A DNA stretch of 64,000 bases from Candidatus Obscuribacterales bacterium (GCA_965228855.1 CBDDIJ010000002.1:416001-480000), one strand, 5' to 3'. Shown: positions 1 to 10,467, numbered from the stretch's first letter. A program made the numbers and translations. The notes: generated from the sequence alone by a model not told the origin.

Positions 1-35
1 AGTTTCACAAAATGCAGTCCCATCACCTGCCTCGG

Positions 36-89
36 TTGTCTATCACTCGTTGACGGATTTTCGAAAATTCGTCAACGAGCGATAGACAA
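36..89. repeat. 54-bp palindromic element, copy 1
   Basis: TTGTCTATC A CTCGTTGACG GA TTTTCGAAAA TT CGTCAACGAG C GATAGACAA is a near-perfect dyad; companion TATAGTAG at 168-175. Confidence 0.9.
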
Positions 90-194
90 AACTATTCAAG
101 CGAAACTGACGGCGAAGCGAAACATGCACACAATCAGCCTTACCGACTCAAAGCAACCACGAAGGCATATAGTAGAGTCTTGGGGGAGAAGCAA

Positions 195-302
195 AGGGCA
201 TAGCGCAACGCACTCCGAAAAGTACGCTGGCTACGCCCTCTGCAACCCCTCGCCGAAGGGCATAGCGCAGGACTCTCGTTACAAGAGCCCTGGCTACACC
301 CT
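195..302. repeat. Two tandem related stem-loops downstream of the operon
   Basis: AGGGCATAGCGCA...CTGGCTAC(G/A)CCCT at 195-239 and 257-302, with different loops. Confidence 0.7.
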
Positions 303-399
303 CCGGGTCAGTTGGAGTTTTAACCTGCTGGTTTCGACGCGCCCCCGGCAGGGTTTGGCGTCGTCCTCGCAGGTACTCAGGCGGGTCCCGATATTGCTA

Positions 400-1551
400 T
401 CAGGAATCCGCGCCTTCGCCTCCCTCATCTTCGTCGTCGATCTCGAGGACAACGTCCGTCTTGACTCGACGAGGATCTTCCCCATCGCTGAAGTTGTCGA
501 CCTTGCGCGGCTCGAGCGAAATCTCGTGGCCGTTGGGCAGGCAGCCCGGCTCGGTCTCCGTGTACGGAACGGCATCGACCACGAACGAGCGTCGACCGTC
601 GTCGCCCCGGATGACCGGAACCGACACGCCGAACAGTTCGTTGTGGCAGAGCACGCCCGTGAAGAAGCCGGTGGCGCGGCGGTCGTAGTCCCGCAGGTGG
701 CCCATGCGCGCCGGATCCCAGAGGTAGCCGACTTCATGGTACTCGTGGAACTTCAACTGCAGACCAGGCAGCGTGTGGTCCGGCGTGGTGTGCCAGCCCG
801 ACGCGACCTTGCCGTCGAAGGAGCGAACGATGTTGAGCTGGCGCTGCTCGTGTTCGACACCCGCAGCGTCTGCACCATTCCGGCGACGGAAGTCACCGAT
901 CATGAACAGCGTGCGCTTGTTGACCAGAACAGCCGAGCCGTAACGCAGCACGTGAATGTTGGGATTCTTGTGCAGGTTGAACAGCACGTCCAGGCTCTTC
1001 GGGAGCGAAATCGTCGGATCCGACGGATGCTCCTTCGCCTTCGGATGGCCGACGACCCAGGCGTCCCAGACGCGCTTGGTCTGCTGGATCCATTCCATCA
1101 GACGAATTTCGTTCGGCATCGACAGGTGCGTCGCGGAAGGGATGTAGATCACCTTGCCGCCGGACGCTTCCTGGAACTGCTCGATGAACTTGCCGCACAT
1201 CTCGCCCAGCGCGAGGACCTGGTCCTCGAAGCCGCCCGCCGCCATGGCTTCCGCCACTTCGGGAGCGTCCGGGTAGTCGTGCAGGTAGTTCTCTTCGTCT
1301 TCACCGAAGCGCTTGAAGGCGTCCTCGTCGACGATACCACCGAGCAGAAAGACAACCTCCGGTTTCGTGTCCCGGAGGTAGTTGAGCACCTGCTCCACCA
1401 TGGAGCGGTCGTGGTGCGGGAAGTACATGTGAGCGAGAGCGACCACGCGCATCCCATCCTTCAGCTGCATCGGGTAGATGCCAGCCTCGTGGAGAGACGT
1501 CTTCGGATCCTCCTTCACCGTAACCCGCTTGTGATGTGTGCCTCTTGGCAT
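400..1551 (-). CDS. Calcineurin-like metallophosphoesterase-fold protein, predicted catalytically inactive
   Basis: Start MPRGTHH with upstream GGAG; colinear similarity to 2374-3369 but metal ligands replaced (AHMY, GGIVD, PSATH, SFDGK). Confidence 0.75.
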   Translation of the reverse strand: MPRGTHHKRVTVKEDPKTSLHEAGIYPMQLKDGMRVVALAHMYFPHHDRSMVEQVLNYLRDTKPEVVFLLGGIVDEDAFKRFGEDEENYLHDYPDAPEVAEAMAAGGFEDQVLALGEMCGKFIEQFQEASGGKVIYIPSATHLSMPNEIRLMEWIQQTKRVWDAWVVGHPKAKEHPSDPTISLPKSLDVLFNLHKNPNIHVLRYGSAVLVNKRTLFMIGDFRRRNGADAAGVEHEQRQLNIVRSFDGKVASGWHTTPDHTLPGLQLKFHEYHEVGYLWDPARMGHLRDYDRRATGFFTGVLCHNELFGVSVPVIRGDDGRRSFVVDAVPYTETEPGCLPNGHEISLEPRKVDNFSDGEDPRRVKTDVVLEIDDEDEGGEGADS

Positions 1552-1567
1552 AACAATAACTCCTAGG

Positions 1568-2347
1568 TTAGAGGAGCAGCCCGGCCGCGTCGAGCTTCTT
1601 GTAGAAGTCGATAACGGTCGGAGCGAGCTGCTCGCGGTCGTTGAGACGGAGAACGTTGGGCGCCTTGATCCCACGGTTGTAGGATTCGGGCACGAGGATC
1701 GCAGCGTGGGCCATCTGGCCGACGCCAACCGCGGTTTCAGCGGAGTCTTCGACGATCAGAGGGATGTGCTCCTCCGCCATCTCGTACTTCTTCTGACCGG
1801 GGGTGACGAACCGAACGTCGACGTCGGGGTTGAGCCCGAGGCGAGCAATCAAGTCCTTGGTGACGCGCTGCGCGATGCCGGTGCCGTAGCCCTGGGCATG
1901 GTTGTCGATGCGCATCTCGGCCGCACCCGGAACCCAGGTCCAGACCTTGACGTCGATGCCGGCGTCCTTGATGGCCTTGATCGCTTCGACCACGCCGGGG
2001 TACGGCTGCAGGTCGGCGTAACCACCCTGCGCGCGACGCGCGAAGGTGATGAAGGCCTCCAGGAATTCCTTGCCGGACAGAGCGTTGTCCGGGTCCATCT
2101 GCATGTGGTAGAAGGCGGTCTTGCGAGCATCGATGTTGTGACCGAAGTGCAAGTTGCAGAACCCGGCGAAGGCGCCGAGCCAATCGACCAGCGTGTTGTG
2201 CAGGTCGAGGACCACCGCGCGCTCCCAACGGAAGTCGGGATCGCTCGGGGTCAAAACGCTACGCGGAGGCCAGTTCGGCGCCGTCGCTGCGGGAACCGCA
2301 ACGACCTTCGCCCGGCGACCGCTCGTAGATTTCTTCTTGGAAGTCAT
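1568..2347 (-). CDS. HAD-superfamily 5'(3')-nucleotidase-like protein
   Basis: VVLDLHNTLVDW (motif I variant), LQPYPGVVEAI, VWT, KK, IVEDS; AGGAG RBS. Confidence 0.75.
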   Translation of the reverse strand: MTSKKKSTSGRRAKVVAVPAATAPNWPPRSVLTPSDPDFRWERAVVLDLHNTLVDWLGAFAGFCNLHFGHNIDARKTAFYHMQMDPDNALSGKEFLEAFITFARRAQGGYADLQPYPGVVEAIKAIKDAGIDVKVWTWVPGAAEMRIDNHAQGYGTGIAQRVTKDLIARLGLNPDVDVRFVTPGQKKYEMAEEHIPLIVEDSAETAVGVGQMAHAAILVPESYNRGIKAPNVLRLNDREQLAPTVIDFYKKLDAAGLLL

Positions 2348-2373
2348 GTTGATGATCTCCTTTGTAAAATCGC

Positions 2374-3369
2374 CTAGCGGTCCGGCGAACGATAGGTCTT
2401 ACCCGCGAAGGTAAAGCCCATCTTCGGACGGCCGTCGACGGTGACTTGTTTGATGGGAACCGGCTGCAAGTGAACCTTGCCGCCAACGATCTTGCCGACG
2501 CCGATGGCCTCGTGCCAGTTGTTGGTCAGGTTCGAGTACGCCAGGTACGGATGGGTCGGGTCGACCAGGTGACCGAGCTCGATGGCACGGATTTCGCCAT
2601 TGGTCGTCTGACGGACCGTCATGCCGACGCGGTGCGTGTGACCGGTCGAGGTCGAGCGGCCCGACATGTCGGCGTCAGCGCGGGGGCTGGCAGCCGGCTT
2701 GGGGCGCACGATGCGACCGTGGTGGAATTCCATGTCCCCGTTGATGAGGATGGCACCACCGAAGCCGCCGCGCTCCGCCAGGTCGTAGATGAACGTCACC
2801 GGATCACCAGGCTTGTAGCCCATCAGGCCGTGGAACGACATGATCGGCTCGCGCGTGTTGAAGTCCAGGATGTTCGCGACAGCGGGGGCGGGGTCGGACA
2901 GATACCGCAGCATCCGATCTTCGTGGTTGCCCATGATGTAGAACACATGGATGCAGTTCGAGATCTTGATGAGCGAATCGACCAGACGACGGGTCTCATC
3001 CAGCTCAGCCTGCTGGTTGACGGCAACGCGAGGCGGCCGTGCCCAACGGGAGAGAGCGAACACATCGGCGACGTCGCCGATGAAGATGATGATGTGCGGC
3101 TGGTAGTCCTTCAGGAAAGCTTTGATCGCCCAGAGAGCCAGCTTGTCGTGCGCCGGGACGTGGATGTCCGGCAGAACGACGATGCGGGTACCGTCGGGCA
3201 GATCGAGGGGAAGAATGCCGGCGTACGAAAGAAAGCCGAGGCCCTTGTTGCTGTTGCGAGCAGCAATTTCGTTGGCGAGCAGCTGACGAATTTCAGCGGG
3301 CTCCGCGCCAGTAGCCTTGGCCAGCTTGCGAGCCGCATCTTCCAGAGAAGACGCGTGTGTCTTGTGCAT
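2374..3369 (-). CDS. Calcineurin-like metallophosphoesterase (phage-type)
   Basis: Complete motifs DIH, GDVAD, GNHE, HHG, GHTH. Confidence 0.85.
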   Translation of the reverse strand: MHKTHASSLEDAARKLAKATGAEPAEIRQLLANEIAARNSNKGLGFLSYAGILPLDLPDGTRIVVLPDIHVPAHDKLALWAIKAFLKDYQPHIIIFIGDVADVFALSRWARPPRVAVNQQAELDETRRLVDSLIKISNCIHVFYIMGNHEDRMLRYLSDPAPAVANILDFNTREPIMSFHGLMGYKPGDPVTFIYDLAERGGFGGAILINGDMEFHHGRIVRPKPAASPRADADMSGRSTSTGHTHRVGMTVRQTTNGEIRAIELGHLVDPTHPYLAYSNLTNNWHEAIGVGKIVGGKVHLQPVPIKQVTVDGRPKMGFTFAGKTYRSPDR

Positions 3370-4234
3370 GGCAATTTACTCCTTCTCGCCTCAGTCATGA
3401 TTCGGAGGCGTGGGTTAAGAACTTCGAGTCTCTGGTGTGCAATGGGCAGCGCCAGCTCGAAGTTGGAAATCGCAGGCCTCATGAGAGGCGAGAATTGTTG
3501 TTGCGAGAGAAACAGACCTTACGACCCATCTCTCACAGGGAGGAAAGACCCGCTTGCCGGAGCAAGGTCTTCTGGGTTGGTGGAAACGATGGTTGTGCTT
3601 GAATTTGGGAAGTGGACAACCGGTACAGCGATTTGGAACGAAGATACCTAGAGACTAGGAAAACCACAGAACCGCGAACAATGAAGATTTCGGTAATAAT
3701 TGAAAAGCTGAGTTCCTTCTAATCCCGCACCAGGGTTGCCAAGAAGCCGATCCCCGCCGGCACACATGCGCTGAAACCGCGCGCACAAGCCCTATCTCAC
3801 GCGCGCGAAAGTATTCTTGCCAGCAAAACCTTTAGCTCCAAATTCTCTATAGCTTAGAAAAGCGAGGACAAACTGACAGTTAGCGAGGCTAAGAAAGCTC
3901 TTCCAGCAAGCTTTTCCAGACGGACAAGATGATACTGATTTCAGCTTTTGTCACTGGTACTTACTGGTTATGCCAACTGTTAAGCCTTCGCGCTCGATGC
4001 GCGAATCCCAAAGCTCGCCAAGCGTAGCGCATTAATGCCGACTAACCAGGACTGAAAGACACTCACATTCTGCAGTTCGGTTTGGCATTCCAGAAGCACT
4101 ATTTACTAAACCGCATTCAGACGCGGTTTATTTTTCCATCCGGCGAATGACACCATCGGCGGTATCAGAAGCAAAGGCGCGACAATTTCGACCCGTTTCA
4201 TAATCGAGAGAATGCAACGGTTTATCGCTTACAA

Positions 4235-5224
4235 CTAAGAGATGTGTTCGATCTTCTCGTACATCGCCTGACGCGGATTCGGCTCCTGCGAAATCTCCTG
4301 AAGCCGCTTGTACAGCTTCACTTCTTCCCCGGAAAGCTTTTTCGGAATGACGACATCGATAATCACCAGCATGTCGGCACCAGCCAAACCTTTGCCTTTC
4401 AGGCGATACATCCGTCCTTGCTGAGTGAGCGGTTGAATCTGCATGGAGACCTTACCGGTCGCAGTCGGTATTTGAATATCCGCGCCGAGCATAGCCTCGT
4501 AAATCGTGACCGGAACGACGCACTTAATTTCCTTGCCGATCACCTTCAGCACCGGGTGCTCGCGGAGCTTTATTTTGAAGATCAAATCCCCATATTTTCC
4601 GGCTCTCAAATCCCAGCGCCCTTGTCCCTGTTTACGAATCTCGTCACCGTGACACATTCCCGGTGGCAAATCAAATTCCGCAGTCCGGTCGACGTTGAAA
4701 TATCCCAGTCCCCGACAGGCGTCGCATTGCATTCGCTCCAGCGGTTTCTTATCTGCGCACTGTTCGCATGGCGTCGGATCGGTAATGATGATCGATTTAT
4801 GCGTGCCTTTGACGGCTTCTTTCAAACTGATCTCAAGCTCCATTTCGAGCGATTGAGCTTGGATTAAGACCTCTTCGGCACCCTTGGGACGAACCGCTTC
4901 AGCCGTAGCCTTCGCGGTTTTCGTAACCTTGCCCCAGAGGGCGCGCACGTCCGACGTCTGCCGAAAAACCTCGGAATTTTTGTCGTACTCTTTCCTTTTG
5001 GCAGGATTCATGAGCACTTCGTACGCTTCGGTTATGTCGCGGAAGGTGCGAGCCTGCACCTCATTGTCCACGGTATTTGCCGCAACATGAGGTCCAAACT
5101 TCTCGTAGAGGTCATGGTAGTTTTCAGAAATTTCTTGTGTCGTCGCGTTCGGTCTGACACCAAGGATGTAGTAATAATCCTTGTGCGTCTTCAACTGAGC
5201 GTTCGATTTGTCATCATCAGCCAT
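4235..5224 (-). CDS. DnaJ/CbpA-like co-chaperone with atypical J domain
   Basis: KDYYYILGV, ITEAYEVL..RKEYD, two CxxC units, DnaJ C-terminal domain (GDL, EAMLG, YRLKGKG); HPD absent. Confidence 0.85.
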   Translation of the reverse strand: MADDDKSNAQLKTHKDYYYILGVRPNATTQEISENYHDLYEKFGPHVAANTVDNEVQARTFRDITEAYEVLMNPAKRKEYDKNSEVFRQTSDVRALWGKVTKTAKATAEAVRPKGAEEVLIQAQSLEMELEISLKEAVKGTHKSIIITDPTPCEQCADKKPLERMQCDACRGLGYFNVDRTAEFDLPPGMCHGDEIRKQGQGRWDLRAGKYGDLIFKIKLREHPVLKVIGKEIKCVVPVTIYEAMLGADIQIPTATGKVSMQIQPLTQQGRMYRLKGKGLAGADMLVIIDVVIPKKLSGEEVKLYKRLQEISQEPNPRQAMYEKIEHIS

Positions 5225-5721
5225 GCGTAAATTCTCGCAAAACAACCTTCCAGTAAGGAAAGTGATGGGCTCCGAAAAGCCAGCGAATATTCGGTCTAAT
5301 TACTAAGTCGCCCGAACGGGCAGCCGTATCCATAATACACAGTTAAAACCATCAAGCAACTATTACATACCACGCCGGACGCGCAAATCTCGCCGCGCAA
5401 GCCAGGGTTTCCGCCCATCATCGCTCTGCCTCATCAGTCTCAGTCAGGGTGTTCAATCTGAAGGAACGCAAGGGGTACTCCGTCCAAACAAAAATCTGCC
5501 GTCTCATAAACAATTACTGGAACTCAAACATTTAATTCAAAAACCGAGACCAACAAAAAGATTCTGGGCAATCTTCCAGTAGAACAAACTACCACCTGAC
5601 AAAACTGTCCGAATCGAACCGCTTCGCAAGAGGCGGTTTTTCTCTTGCCTGGGCAAACGGCGTCGTTCGACCGGGTTGATCCCGCTAGCGCAATCGATTA
5701 GCAAATGTTTTTAAAGCAAAC

Positions 5722-5743
5722 AGCCGCCTGTCGACAGGCGGCT
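5722..5743. terminator. Hairpin downstream of nrdJ
   Basis: AGCCGCCTG-TCGA-CAGGCGGCT. Confidence 0.55.
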
Positions 5744-5861
5744 ATTCACTTGCTTTCGGTCAGTCGGAAATGACTTTCTTTAGCGATGCGGTGGTCGGGG
5801 TCGATTCTATTTCCGGCAGTGCGCTATTCGCCCTCACTGCCGGGCAAAAACCGATCGCCGA

Positions 5862-8800
5862 TTATCCGCACTTCGAGTATCCACAGGACTGACAGACGTT
5901 GCATCCGTCGATCTTGAGGAACTCTGCGCTTCCGCACTTGCCACACGATTTACCACGAGGTCCAGCGGTTTCAGTTGGAGAAACGCTTGCCGAGTTTGTG
6001 ATGGCAGCTTGCGGAACGAGTGTGTGATTCAGGGACTCTTCTGCTTCTGCCATGCCTTCGTGGTTGAGGGCATAGTGACGTCTGTAGTTCTGGATAGCTT
6101 TCGCCAATCCATCGCAAGGAGACTGGACTACGACTGCTTTGTCGGAGTCTTTGAACTTGAAGAATGCCGGATAACCGGACTGAATGTTGACGAGCTGTTT
6201 AACGATTTCCATCTCCGCCTTGGAACGCTCAACTTCACCGAATTCGGCTGCGTATTTCAGGAACGCCGAGGCGAGACGACCAACCGCTTCAAAGAGACCG
6301 CCCTCAATCGCGCCCGGTTTACCCATGCGAGCATAAACTTCGATGAGTTCGCCCGCACGTTCGACTTCGTGGTTCAAGCTGACGTGGAGAGTGGAGCCAC
6401 CATCCTCGGTACCAACTCTGACTTTGTAGGTCTGACCGGTCGTTTCTTCTACGTTGATTGCTCTGCGCTCGCTGTGTCCGAGAAGGGTTAACAAGTCGGA
6501 TTGACGATCGTAGTCCTGAGCGGCAATCTTCTCGACCGGCTGGCTCAAACGAGCACCGTCCGGATAGAAGGTGATGTCTTTCACTCCGAGCTTCCATGCC
6601 AGCATGGTGGCTTCGGCAACCAGGTCCTCACTGGACTCCAGCGGAATAGAGCAGGTGTTCGACACCGAGTTGAACGCTTCCGGATACTCGACAGCGCCTT
6701 TGTGAATTGCCGCCAGGTGTTTGATGTATTTATCCGGATCGACTTCGACACGCACGGGGAAAGCCTTCTGAACGGCGGCCGGAACTTCCTTCAAACCGCG
6801 GCACGATTTATGGTTGTCGCGAATCCGCTTGAGAAGAGCCTTTTCGCCTTCTTCATCAGCCGGCCAGGCGCCATGTTTGACCATCGCTTCTTTGAAGCCG
6901 GGTGCGAGGAAGTCGACGAAGCGGCTGCGAACCTTACGAGAGAAGACGATGCCGTTATGCGGATCCACGCCCCAACTTGTTTGTAGCGCTTGAGCGAGAG
7001 TTCCAGTCGGTGCATTGTTGGTCATGCAGCTGTTGCGAACACGCAAGCCCTTCTTCTGGAATTTGCTTCCTTCCCATAGAGGGTAAACGCCACGTTCCTT
7101 AGCCATCTCGATCGAAGCATCGACACTGGCTTTCGTGTATTGGCGGAAGAGGTTTTCGGTCGCCTCCAGTCCTTCCGGACTTCCGAATTCGACACCCAGG
7201 CGGGAGAGGAATTCTGCGATACCGGCGAATCCGCCGCCATTACGACGCTCCATACGAGCGGTCATGTTCTGAGCCGGAATCGGGTACCAGCTCACATCGG
7301 TAACGTTATCCATGAAGCGCTGCTGCACTCTGGTAGCCGCTTTCATAGCCTGCATGTTGTACGTGCCGTCCGGATTCCAGAAATCGAGGTGGGCGGCGTG
7401 GACGGAAGAGAGGTTGCAGTTGCCCATGTAGAAGTTGCCGTCTTTTCCGGGTCCGGCAGGGAGGAATTGCTCTCCGCAAGGATTGCAGGTGTTTAAATCA
7501 TAGATATGATCGTTGGCATTGCCTTCGTTGATGTGTTCATAGAAGCCGATACCAGGCTCGCCCGAGTCACGCATTCCTTCAACGATGCGCTGGAAAACCT
7601 CCGGTGCGTAGAAGTGACCTTTGACTTTCACGTATTTGTCGGTGATTTCAACGATCGCGTTCTTCAAATTCCGCGCCGCTTCAATAGCTCCGGGATAGGC
7701 TTTGATGTCGACCGCGTATTCATTGTAGACAGGCTCTTTGGTGAGTCTGTTTACTTTGACCTGTCCGGTTTTCTCATCCATGACAGGCTTTCTGGGATCG
7801 TAGAGCTCGCCGGACCACTTTTCTTTCGCGAATGAAGCTTGATAGAAGCTCTTGTTCGCGACCGCTTCCATAAAGCCGGGCATAGCGAGAACGGTTACGT
7901 TGGTGTTCTTGAGATAATTTTGGCGTTCCATATAAGAGTGGAAGCGCTCGCCATAACGTTTCTCCGAAATCTCGAGGATGCGTTTCTTATACGAAAGCGA
8001 GTCTTCGCCGATTTCCTGTCTGAATTCAGCGCGCACTTCCTCGAAGATACGTGACATCACCGGCGGTGGTATCAGTTTCTTCTTATCGATAAAGAACAGG
8101 ATGTCCGGGTGGTCAGAGTTGCGCAACTCGATCAACGCACCGCCGCGGCGGCCGCCCTGAGCAACAGCCTCAACTGCTTTGGCGATTGTCTTCTCGTAAA
8201 AACGATCGGGACCCGAAGCCGCAGCACCATTGGATATAATCGATGCCCAGGGGCGCAAGGTCGAGGTGTTGATACCCATTCCCATTGCAGCTTTGGCAGC
8301 AAGCGCCTCGATACGAGCGGCTTCCTGAATTCCTTCGAGGCTGTCTTCAACGTACGCAACGCCACAAGCGGCTAAACAGCCCTTGCCGCGCAGATTACCG
8401 GAAAGGCGACCCATCGCGACTTCGTGGTCGGACAGGTTGGCAGTGTTACCTGAGATGACTGCCTTTCTCAATTCCTCGGAACGCAACCAGATAGTCGCTT
8501 CTTTCAAACCAGCGAGCTTGCCGTGAGCCCAGTATTTCAAGACATCGAGCGAGACTTCCGGATCGGCATTGATGTTAGCAGGAGTGTTTGCCCAGAACTT
8601 CTGATTGCCGATGTGGTCAGCAAAGGTTTGACCCCACTGGACGACGACAGGGTGCTTCAGAGCATCTGCAAGTGAGATCTCGATAATTTCTTGCGGGCTT
8701 AGAACGTACTTCAACTCGGCCAGACCGACGGAAGTCGCTACTCTATTAATGATGCCGGAGGTGTCTTCGATAGGTTGCCCTGTGGTGGTGTCACGCTTTG

Positions 8801-8999
8801 CGTAGAGGCCGGTAAGCGTTTCCTGAGTGGCTTCGAAATATCTCTCGTTATAGTCAATATTTTTTCTGACTTGAACCGGCACCGCCGGTGCTACCGGTGC
8901 GGCAGGAGCAGCAGGCGTGGAACCCGTGACGACGGGTAGTTCCACCTTGTTCTCCGGTTTCTTGTCTTGGCCTTCTTTAGTATCAGTGACTTTCAGCAT
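5862..8999 (-). CDS. nrdJ: Adenosylcobalamin-dependent (class II) ribonucleotide reductase
   Basis: QGGRRGG, GEPG, TCNPCGEQ, CNLSS, APTGT motifs; C-terminal TSCPD-like region and Zn ribbon (CGKCG..CQSCGYSKC). Confidence 0.9.
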   Translation of the reverse strand: MLKVTDTKEGQDKKPENKVELPVVTGSTPAAPAAPVAPAVPVQVRKNIDYNERYFEATQETLTGLYAKRDTTTGQPIEDTSGIINRVATSVGLAELKYVLSPQEIIEISLADALKHPVVVQWGQTFADHIGNQKFWANTPANINADPEVSLDVLKYWAHGKLAGLKEATIWLRSEELRKAVISGNTANLSDHEVAMGRLSGNLRGKGCLAACGVAYVEDSLEGIQEAARIEALAAKAAMGMGINTSTLRPWASIISNGAAASGPDRFYEKTIAKAVEAVAQGGRRGGALIELRNSDHPDILFFIDKKKLIPPPVMSRIFEEVRAEFRQEIGEDSLSYKKRILEISEKRYGERFHSYMERQNYLKNTNVTVLAMPGFMEAVANKSFYQASFAKEKWSGELYDPRKPVMDEKTGQVKVNRLTKEPVYNEYAVDIKAYPGAIEAARNLKNAIVEITDKYVKVKGHFYAPEVFQRIVEGMRDSGEPGIGFYEHINEGNANDHIYDLNTCNPCGEQFLPAGPGKDGNFYMGNCNLSSVHAAHLDFWNPDGTYNMQAMKAATRVQQRFMDNVTDVSWYPIPAQNMTARMERRNGGGFAGIAEFLSRLGVEFGSPEGLEATENLFRQYTKASVDASIEMAKERGVYPLWEGSKFQKKGLRVRNSCMTNNAPTGTLAQALQTSWGVDPHNGIVFSRKVRSRFVDFLAPGFKEAMVKHGAWPADEEGEKALLKRIRDNHKSCRGLKEVPAAVQKAFPVRVEVDPDKYIKHLAAIHKGAVEYPEAFNSVSNTCSIPLESSEDLVAEATMLAWKLGVKDITFYPDGARLSQPVEKIAAQDYDRQSDLLTLLGHSERRAINVEETTGQTYKVRVGTEDGGSTLHVSLNHEVERAGELIEVYARMGKPGAIEGGLFEAVGRLASAFLKYAAEFGEVERSKAEMEIVKQLVNIQSGYPAFFKFKDSDKAVVVQSPCDGLAKAIQNYRRHYALNHEGMAEAEESLNHTLVPQAAITNSASVSPTETAGPRGKSCGKCGSAEFLKIDGCNVCQSCGYSKCG

Positions 9000-9747
9000 G
9001 CGGGCTTCCCTTCCTTCTAATGGATGTGGATTGAAAAACAGACGGGATCTATCTATAACGTGCACAGCAAGTTACCGTGAGCTCTTGCGAGCAAACGGGC
9101 GCAATGTAAATTCACCCAGGCTGGTCAGGCAGAGGGAAAGCAATGGTGGGACCAGAAAGCAAATTAGTTTTGCCTTAGAGCCTTTCGTGAATTTGAAATT
9201 GTGCGTTCAAAAATTCGTTGAAATTTATGGTACTAGGGATGGGGTCATGGTTCAAGTATGTAAAGTTCAAATGACAACAATCCCAAAAGCCCTATTCTCT
9301 GAACCTGTGTGCGTTTTCAGACTTATACACAGAATTATTTCTAATCTTGGATCCAAACCGCTTTACCCAGATGTAGCGTAAGTGCTAGTCGTTGCAATGA
9401 TATATACGATGCTCAAAACATTGACCGGGTTTGCTTTCCGAGACACAAGGGTTCCGATCGCATATACACCATAGACGCCACCACTTAGAACGAATTATCG
9501 GCTGCTCATATTAGAGTGATACCACCGGTGGAGCAAGATAGGTTATAGGCCTCCGGCTGCAAACCCAGAACGCATAATGATCTACAGCCGACGGATAATA
9601 AATGGTAGGCACGCTATATATAGCGCCGCTTTCGCGCCAGATCTCGAACACTATGCGATACACTCATCCCACCGATACGAACACTATCGGTCTGATATAT
9701 TCTTTCAAAACCCTGATGGACAGCTAACTGTTATAGGCACAGATCGA

Positions 9748-10076
9748 TATATTTTGCCTACTATATCCGAGAGTGTCTTGCTACTCCCGTCAAATCCGTT
9801 CAGGATAGGCATCTCGGGAATTTTGATGCGATCGCAAACCAGATAAACTGGTGATTTGTCTATCGCTCAATGCCAGTTTTGAGCAGATCCGTCATTCAGG
9901 GATAGACAGAATTCAAAACTTGTCTACTATATCCGAGAGTGTCCCGCCACTCCCGTGAAATCCTTACACGATAGGGTTTTCTGGGATTTTGACAAGATGG
10001 CAAACCAGGTAAACGTGGTTACTTGTCTATCGCTCAATGCCAGTTTTGAGCGAATCCGTCGTTCAGGAATAGACAG
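9748..10076 (+). repeat. Two tandem ~166-bp units, each CTACTATA plus 54-bp palindrome (copies 2 and 3)
   Basis: CTACTATATCCGAGAGTGTC at 9758 and 9924; palindromes at 9856-9909 and 10023-10076. Confidence 0.9.
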
Positions 10077-10306
10077 AATTCACGGTTCGTCCCGTATAAA
10101 GATCGTTCTAAAATAGTCCGTGAGATTCTCGCGGTGGAAGCAAGCGGCCATGGCTTGGCCGCCAGGCTGTCAGCTCACAGGCTAACCGTGCTTGGCTTTG
10201 GACAAGAGCCATCGCTCTTCTAATTCCGGTTTCAGTCTCGGCTTAAATTGTAGTTACTCCAATTTAAGAGGAGAACGTTCATTTTACAGATAACGTAAGA
10301 ACGTCC

Positions 10307-10467
10307 TTGTCTACGCCAGATAGACGATTTTGGCGAATTCCGGCATTCTGGCATAGACATACCTTGCCGTTCCTTCTGTATCGCGGAGTCCACGTTCGCG
10401 CATCGCGCCAACTGGAGCCAACTGCCGAGGCTGGTTCCGCCGGAGACACTATGCCTCTCTATAGTAG
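10307..10467 (-). repeat. 54-bp palindrome copy 4 plus CTACTATA motif (minus strand)
   Basis: TTGTCTACG..GACG..CGGC..CATAGACAT at 10307-10360; TATAGTAG at 10460-10467. Confidence 0.85.

Noticed and set aside
36..89. 54-bp palindrome as a canonical integron attC, dif or protelomerase site
   Set aside because: It lacks RYYYAAC/GTTRRRY ends and extrahelical bases, and does not resemble XerC/D dif. Many degenerate internal copies are inconsistent with a telomere-resolution site.
7600..8100. Intein in nrdJ
   Set aside because: No C/S...HN-C/S/T splice junction or LAGLIDADG motif recognised; the inserts are short.
9000..9400. Cobalamin riboswitch or NrdR boxes upstream of nrdJ
   Set aside because: The GGGAA..GGTG-like text is on the wrong strand with no B12 box; only one weak NrdR-like 16-mer near 9229-9244.
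9577..9846. 89-aa ORF
   Set aside because: It runs into the repeat unit, with no recognisable RBS or protein features.
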